A stretch of 30,917 nucleotides of DNA from Acidobacteriota bacterium (GTDB taxonomy: Bacteria > Acidobacteriota > Vicinamibacteria > Vicinamibacterales > 2-12-FULL-66-21), in assembly GCA_013694635.1 (NCBI GenBank), contig JACDCA010000764.1, positions 1-30,917 of the forward strand. The letters run 5' to 3'. This document shows, in pieces, positions 25,849 to 30,917 of this stretch. Position 1 is the stretch's first letter, and the number at the start of each line of letters is the position of its first letter. The position numbers and the translations under genes are program-made. The notes below the pieces were generated by a model. It searched no databases. It was not told the origin of the DNA and saw only the letters and a program-made list of their open reading frames with translations.

Positions 25849-28805
25849 GGAGTTCTGTCGGGGAGCTTGGCCGGGTCGACCGTCCGCGGCAGCTCTTTTT
25901 CCACGAGCCCGATCCGCCGCGCGGCGGAATCCCGGGCCGAGCGCCAATAGCGAAGGACGTAATCCATCGCGGACTCTTCCACGGCTCTGCTGTCGGAACC
26001 GCCGACGATCAGCCATGTCGCGTCACCGCCCGCGGCGGGTTCGACGCGCTGCACGAAGCTGCCGGCGGCGGGGAGCCTATCGGCGATCCGCGCCATCAGC
26101 GCGTGCGACTTGGGGGTGCCGACGAGAATGAGCGTACCTGGCTCGACCGCCGCGGGTAGATCGTCCAGTTGATAGATGTCCACCGGGCGTCCGCTCGCGC
26201 TCTCGAGGGTGCTGGCGAGCACATAGGCGGCTTCCATTTCGAGCACGGGCGCATTCTGCCCGTACACCACGCGAATCGGTTTCGCGTAATCGAAGTCGAC
26301 GGTTCCGGCGGCCAGACCCGGATATGCGACAAGGGATCGCGCCTTTGAATCGAACACAGGTCGCGCGGCCAATCGTGCTTCGTTCCACACGTACCGCAGC
26401 GAACCGTCAGCCCGTTGCAGACGCAGGAACCAATGATAGAAGCCCGGCGTTGCTCCGCGGGTGGAAAGCGCGACAGTGAACTTGTGGGTCCCGCCGGGAG
26501 CCACGTCGGCGACAGCCGGGGAGGTGAGCGTCCCGCGAAGGTCTGACGGACCTTCCACGGTCGCTCGGACACGTTCGGCGCTCGTGCCGCGGTTTGTCAG
26601 AGTCAGGATCGCGGTCCCCCGGCCACGTGCGTCCAGGGATGTAACGGTGTGTGACGCGTCGAGTTGGCGGATCGGATCTTCCGGCGCCACGAAGCGGTGC
26701 ATCAGCCGCATCAGCTCGAATGCTTCCGGCTTCGGGCGGCGGCTGAGGCGCAGCGGCTCGTAATGACGGATGCCCGTGCGGCCCAGCCGCGGATTGACGG
26801 TGAGCGTTTCCTGGAACTGGAACTGATGGAACTCGCCGATCGCGCGGCTCTCGAGCGCCCCACCGATGATGTCGGGATAGACCGTGGCCCGCGCTTCCGG
26901 CGTCATCCGCGTCAACCCACGCCAGTTCCACTCGGTGATCACGGCTGGTTTCCCCGCCTTCGAAGCGTAGTTCGCCATCGCGAGCGCGAACCCGCGGCCG
27001 CTCGGAATGGCGTCGAGGCTGTCGATGTAGGCGTGCCCGCCGACGCGATCGAACTTCACGCCGAGCTGCTCGAGTCTCGTGAAGATGCCGGTGTTCGTAT
27101 GTGCCGTGAGGTGGACCGGCACATCGGGCGCGACAGACTTGACCGCGTCGTAGACCGCGTTCCAGTAGCGGGGACGATCCTGTGGAATGCCCCAGATCAG
27201 GATCTCGTTTTCCAGTTCGACCGATTCGACGACATCGCGGTAGCGCGAGACCATGGCAGCCATTTGTGCCGGCGTGAAGCGCGCGTCAGAAGGACTCAGC
27301 ATCGCGCGAAGTTTCAGATGCCGCAGCTCGCTGAAAAGAAAATCGAGGTACTCGCGCTGGACGCGGGCGTCCAGTTGCGCGATCACGTCGAGATAGTGGA
27401 GGCGGATAACGTGGAAGCCCATCGCTTTCGCGATGCGCAGGTCACGCCGGATCGCGTCGGCAAACAGCGGCCACTGCTGCACCGTGTCGGCCGCCAGCGG
27501 CCAATAGCCCTCGCTGTCCATCCCGGGCAGCTTCAGCCGGTCGAAGTTTTCGCCGAGAGTGGAGTACGGAAAGTAGCTGGTGCCGAATCGCACATGCGGG
27601 ACGCCGAAGGAGAGAGTCACCTCCGCATCACGACGGTCTTGCCGCCAGTACCCCGTGTACGCGAGGAATTGCTCGGTCGCACGTACGTCGGAGATGGGCG
27701 CAGGTTCGAATGCGAGTCTCGATCCGAAGCTGACGCTCTCGCCGGCCGGCGGCAGGATGTTGTCGACGAGGCGATCCCGATACGACTGGATGTTCGTCCG
27801 TGCGATCTCCGTAATCCAGAAGAGCGCCTCCGGCGCGGCCTGCGCTTCCGAGCCGAGCTGCGGAATATTCGCCCCGGTGTAGCGCGGCTGGCGGAAGCGA
27901 TTCTCGGACGAGTCCTGAAGGATAGTGAACGAGTCCGCAAAGTCGTTCATCCACGCGACCGATGCTCCTGCAGTTGTGCGCAGCGTCAGCCAGTCGACGC
28001 CACGCTGGACGAAGTGATGCCGTCCCTCGCCGGCGCGAAACGGGGTGCGGCCGGTCGCTGCCAGTGGAGCGATGCGGTTGTCGTAGCAGATCCGGCGCTC
28101 GGCGGCGTCGGCGGCGTGCGTCAACCGGCTCACGACCGCCGCGTACACGCCCGATGTGCGAGCGTCAGGCTCGGTGGTCACGCGCGTGGAGAGGTCGAGA
28201 AATCCCTCACGGTAGGCGCGCAGTGTGAGGGCGACGGACAGGCCGTGGCGGGAGCCTTTTGCCGTCCACGTATCGAAAACGTGCCCCTGTACCGTGCGCG
28301 TGAACTCGAGTGGCAACGCCTCGAAGGTGGGTGCGAGATCCTGGGGTGGAGTCGCGGTGCTTGTTTTCGGCGCGCTCGCGGCGGCGGACAGATGAACACT
28401 CCAGGAGAGGTTGCCGATCGGCTGTCCATCAAAGGACACGCGGACACCATCGTCGATCGTGTCAATCACGAGCCGCCGGTCCGGCTCGGAACGCCGGCTT
28501 GCCGGCAGCAGAGCCAAACGCCGCGATGCGTTCGCGTTGACACTACCGATCAAGACGACTCCGCTATCCACCGGCTGGACGGCAGCCCCTTCCGCCATCA
28601 AGTGTTCGGCAGTGTCACCGGTGATCCCGGAGACCTCCATCGGCATGCGGATGGCGAACGGCTGGTTGTTGACGAGCACGATCGCCGACGGGCGCCTACC
28701 ACCGTCGTCCGCGCCGGTCGGGGCCATCCAGACCCAGGCTGCGGCGAGCGCGATGCCCCAGCAACCTACGCCACCCGCGAGAGACTTAGAACGAGAAGCG
28801 CGCAC
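25845..28805 (-). CDS. Large secreted multidomain protein with a clan GH-A-like TIM barrel (unclassified glycoside hydrolase), about 986 aa
   Basis: GTG 28805 gives a signal peptide ([32 protein letters not shown]). Central RFGTSYFP...[16 protein letters not shown]...ELENE...GGHAY...VITEW pattern, followed by an Ig-like domain and a C-terminal alpha/beta domain. Confidence 0.82.
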   Translation of the reverse strand: MRASRSKSLAGGVGCWGIALAAAWVWMAPTGADDGGRRPSAIVLVNNQPFAIRMPMEVSGITGDTAEHLMAEGAAVQPVDSGVVLIGSVNANASRRLALLPASRRSEPDRRLVIDTIDDGVRVSFDGQPIGNLSWSVHLSAAASAPKTSTATPPQDLAPTFEALPLEFTRTVQGHVFDTWTAKGSRHGLSVALTLRAYREGFLDLSTRVTTEPDARTSGVYAAVVSRLTHAADAAERRICYDNRIAPLAATGRTPFRAGEGRHHFVQRGVDWLTLRTTAGASVAWMNDFADSFTILQDSSENRFRQPRYTGANIPQLGSEAQAAPEALFWITEIARTNIQSYRDRLVDNILPPAGESVSFGSRLAFEPAPISDVRATEQFLAYTGYWRQDRRDAEVTLSFGVPHVRFGTSYFPYSTLGENFDRLKLPGMDSEGYWPLAADTVQQWPLFADAIRRDLRIAKAMGFHVIRLHYLDVIAQLDARVQREYLDFLFSELRHLKLRAMLSPSDARFTPAQMAAMVSRYRDVVESVELENEILIWGIPQDRPRYWNAVYDAVKSVAPDVPVHLTAHTNTGIFTRLEQLGVKFDRVGGHAYIDSLDAIPSGRGFALAMANYASKAGKPAVITEWNWRGLTRMTPEARATVYPDIIGGALESRAIGEFHQFQFQETLTVNPRLGRTGIRHYEPLRLSRRPKPEAFELMRLMHRFVAPEDPIRQLDASHTVTSLDARGRGTAILTLTNRGTSAERVRATVEGPSDLRGTLTSPAVADVAPGGTHKFTVALSTRGATPGFYHWFLRLQRADGSLRYVWNEARLAARPVFDSKARSLVAYPGLAAGTVDFDYAKPIRVVYGQNAPVLEMEAAYVLASTLESASGRPVDIYQLDDLPAAVEPGTLILVGTPKSHALMARIADRLPAAGSFVQRVEPAAGGDATWLIVGGSDSRAVEESAMDYVLRYWRSARDSAARRIGLVEKELPRTVDPAKLPDRTP

Positions 28806-30917
28806 CGAACCGGATCTCGCGTTCGCCGAACGAGGAGCTGATGCGACCGAAGGTGCCGGCGTTGGCAAAGCTGCCGCTCGGATTGCGATAGTGCGGCGTG
28901 TTCGTGAGGTTGAACGCCGACGCGTTGACCATCAGGCGCTTGTCTCCGCGCAGCCGGAAGGTCCGTGACAGCGTCATGTTGTAGTTGACATACCCGGGGC
29001 CCCGGACGCTGTTGCGACCCGCGTTCCCGAGAGTACCGGGAGCGGGCTCGACGAAGACGCTGGTATCGAACCAGAGCTCGGTGGGACCCGTTCCCCCCAG
29101 AATGGCAGGCTGGCCGGTGACATTCGGCCGGTTGGTGAAACCCGTACCCTGTGGCATGTTGGCGGTCAGCCGAACGCCCGTGATGTCGACCGGGGACCCT
29201 GAGCGCGCGGCGAACACACCGTTGATGTTCCACCCGCCGAGTACCGCCGCCGCGATCCCGTCCCGCAGGAAGCGTCCATCGCGCCCGAACGGCAGCGGCG
29301 TCACGTGGCTGACCACCAGGTTGTGGCGGCGATCGAAACCCGAGGGTCCACGATTGGCCTCGAGATCCAGCGGATTCTGGACCGTGAAGGCGGCCGAGTA
29401 ATCTTCTGACTTGCTCAGCGTGTACGCCGCAGTGATCCGCCCCGCGCTGCCAAGCCGTCGCTCCACCTTCGACTGAAACGCGTGATAGGACGAGCCGAGG
29501 ATGAAATCCGACAGGAGCGTGTCGGCGGTGCGTCCAAACCGGATTGCGAGTGGACGATTCGCCTGGGTGGCACCCGGACCGGCCGCGTTCAGGTTTCTCG
29601 TGCCCGGCAGCCGTCTGCCAAGCGAGCCGACATAGGACGCATCGACCACGAAGCCGAAAAGATCGCGCTGCACCGTTGCGTTGAACGACTGCACATACCC
29701 GCGCTTCGGATTTTCGTTGATCACGGGCAGAACGACGTTGACCGGAGGGGAGGTGACGACGCCGGTGGTGACATCGACGATCGGCACCGTTGGAATCCCT
29801 GTCGAAAGGTTGCCCGCCGGCAGGAAGCTGTTGGCCCCCGCCACGCTGAGTTGCACCTGAGCCGGATACCCGACGCCCGCCAGCGTGTTGATCCCGAGGG
29901 GGATGTAGCCGATGCCGTAACCGCCGCGCAGCACCGTCTTGTCGTCAAGCCTGTAGGCGGCGCCGAGCCGCGGCGCGACGTTGTCGTATTCGGTCCTCAC
30001 GTTCAGCCGCTTCGACACCGACCCGTAACCGCCAACCAGGATCTCATTGGTCTCCGGCAGGTACCGCGACTGGTCGCCCGCATTCGGAACCGTCGCAAAT
30101 GGATAGATCTCGTAGCGCACACCGTAATTGAGCGTCAGGCGGCTGGTCGGCTGCCAGCGATCCTGGACGAAGAAGAAATACTGCTGCAGCTCGTACCCGC
30201 TCGACTGGTTGATCTGAGTACGCGCCATCGACTGTGGCAGGCCCAGCAGGAATGCCGCAACGGCATTCGCCGACGACGAGGTCGGTCCACCGCTGAGCGA
30301 CGTGGGGCCGGTCGTGAACGTGAACGTCCCACGAGGATCGCCGGCTGACGCCTGGCCCTTGTCGAGCCCGAGGTTCCGCAGGTCCATACCGAACCGGACC
30401 GTGTGCTTCCCCTTCTGCATCGTCCAGTTATTGACGACGTTGTAGCTGGTTTCGATGATTCTGAACGGCAAGGTTCCGGCGGCTCCGAGAAAGGCGTAGC
30501 CGCTGATAGCGATGCGGGAGATTCCGTTGGTGAAGACGTCACCCGTGTTGATGCCCGGGATACCCAACCGTGTCGCCAGATCGGCTTCCGTCGGCGACGC
30601 GCCCTCGATGCGTACGCGCACGAAGCCGGCGCGGAATTCAGAGACGATGGTCGGAGAAAAGGCGTGCGTGAGATTGAGCGAGCCGCTCTGATTTCGGGCC
30701 TCGCCGATGGCCGCCGTCGCGCCGCCGCTCGTCGATGGTCCGCCGAGGACGCCGAAGGAGGGGGCGTCGGCGGTGTCGGCCTGGAAATAGCTGTAGCGGA
30801 CGAAGCCCTGCGTCCGGTTGCCGAAGGAGTGATTCACCTTGACGTCGCCGGAGTGGCGGTCCTGGACGAACTGGCCTGTGGCTTCGTAGTTCAAGGTGGC
30901 ACCAGGCCCTGTGGGGT
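28786..30917 (-). CDS. TonB-dependent receptor, Oar-like (C-terminal about 710 aa; 5' part outside the window)
   Basis: The frame is open to the window edge. FFVQDRWQPTSRLTLNYGVRYE, NVAPRLGAAY, SFNATVQRDL, YTLSKS, DRRH, NAGRN..RGPG..N and a C-terminal Phe (IRFGARFSF). Confidence 0.93.
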   Translation of the reverse strand, partial: PTGPGATLNYEATGQFVQDRHSGDVKVNHSFGNRTQGFVRYSYFQADTADAPSFGVLGGPSTSGGATAAIGEARNQSGSLNLTHAFSPTIVSEFRAGFVRVRIEGASPTEADLATRLGIPGINTGDVFTNGISRIAISGYAFLGAAGTLPFRIIETSYNVVNNWTMQKGKHTVRFGMDLRNLGLDKGQASAGDPRGTFTFTTGPTSLSGGPTSSSANAVAAFLLGLPQSMARTQINQSSGYELQQYFFFVQDRWQPTSRLTLNYGVRYEIYPFATVPNAGDQSRYLPETNEILVGGYGSVSKRLNVRTEYDNVAPRLGAAYRLDDKTVLRGGYGIGYIPLGINTLAGVGYPAQVQLSVAGANSFLPAGNLSTGIPTVPIVDVTTGVVTSPPVNVVLPVINENPKRGYVQSFNATVQRDLFGFVVDASYVGSLGRRLPGTRNLNAAGPGATQANRPLAIRFGRTADTLLSDFILGSSYHAFQSKVERRLGSAGRITAAYTLSKSEDYSAAFTVQNPLDLEANRGPSGFDRRHNLVVSHVTPLPFGRDGRFLRDGIAAAVLGGWNINGVFAARSGSPVDITGVRLTANMPQGTGFTNRPNVTGQPAILGGTGPTELWFDTSVFVEPAPGTLGNAGRNSVRGPGYVNYNMTLSRTFRLRGDKRLMVNASAFNLTNTPHYRNPSGSFANAGTFGRISSSFGEREIRFGARFSF

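Noticed and set aside
26664-28841. 725-aa plus-strand ORF, and similar long antisense ORFs (9580-11112, 7368-8837, 13387-14724, 24853-25431)
   Set aside because: They lie antisense to well-supported genes, are Arg/Ala/Gly-rich and carry no motifs. These are typical stop-poor shadow frames in high-GC DNA.
1-30917. CRISPR arrays, tRNA/rRNA, transposases, integrases, prophage or defence genes
   Set aside because: No regularly spaced direct repeats, RNA-gene signatures or such protein motifs were seen. Nearly all sequence is accounted for by catabolic and transport CDSs.

Overview
This is a high-GC, densely coding 30.9 kb carbohydrate-catabolism locus. An Acidobacteriota (Vicinamibacteria-like) origin is inferred from the Oar-type TonB-dependent receptor and the REP-like palindromes. 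Twenty-one CDSs are supported; the first and last are truncated by the window edges. From left to right: (1) the 3' end of a RbsB-family sugar-binding protein, coupled to a 443-aa secreted protein of unknown function; (2) a minus-strand operon of a secreted PHP (CehA/McbA-family) hydrolase, a solute-binding protein fused to a CUT1 permease, a second permease and a cytoplasmic GH38 alpha-mannosidase; (3) an inositol catabolic core of a stand-alone DUF2090-like aldolase, iolD, iolB, iolC, iolE and a Zn-dependent dehydrogenase, with no iolG, iolJ or iolA; (4) a second secreted PHP paralog; (5) a tightly coupled minus-strand PUL-like operon of a TonB receptor, an unclassified clan-A glycoside hydrolase, a glucarate-dehydratase-like enolase, a BH0493-type uronate isomerase, an SDR, an ExuT-like MFS, a GH2 and an alpha/beta esterase. 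The most interesting inferences are a possible scavenging system for glycosylated (phospho)inositols, a non-canonical hexuronate route, substitute enzymes for IolJ and IolG, an SBP-permease fusion, and a palindromic ATTATAAT bidirectional -10 element driving two near-leaderless genes. No rRNA, tRNA, CRISPR array or transposase was seen. All functional calls rest on motif recognition by eye, with no database searches.
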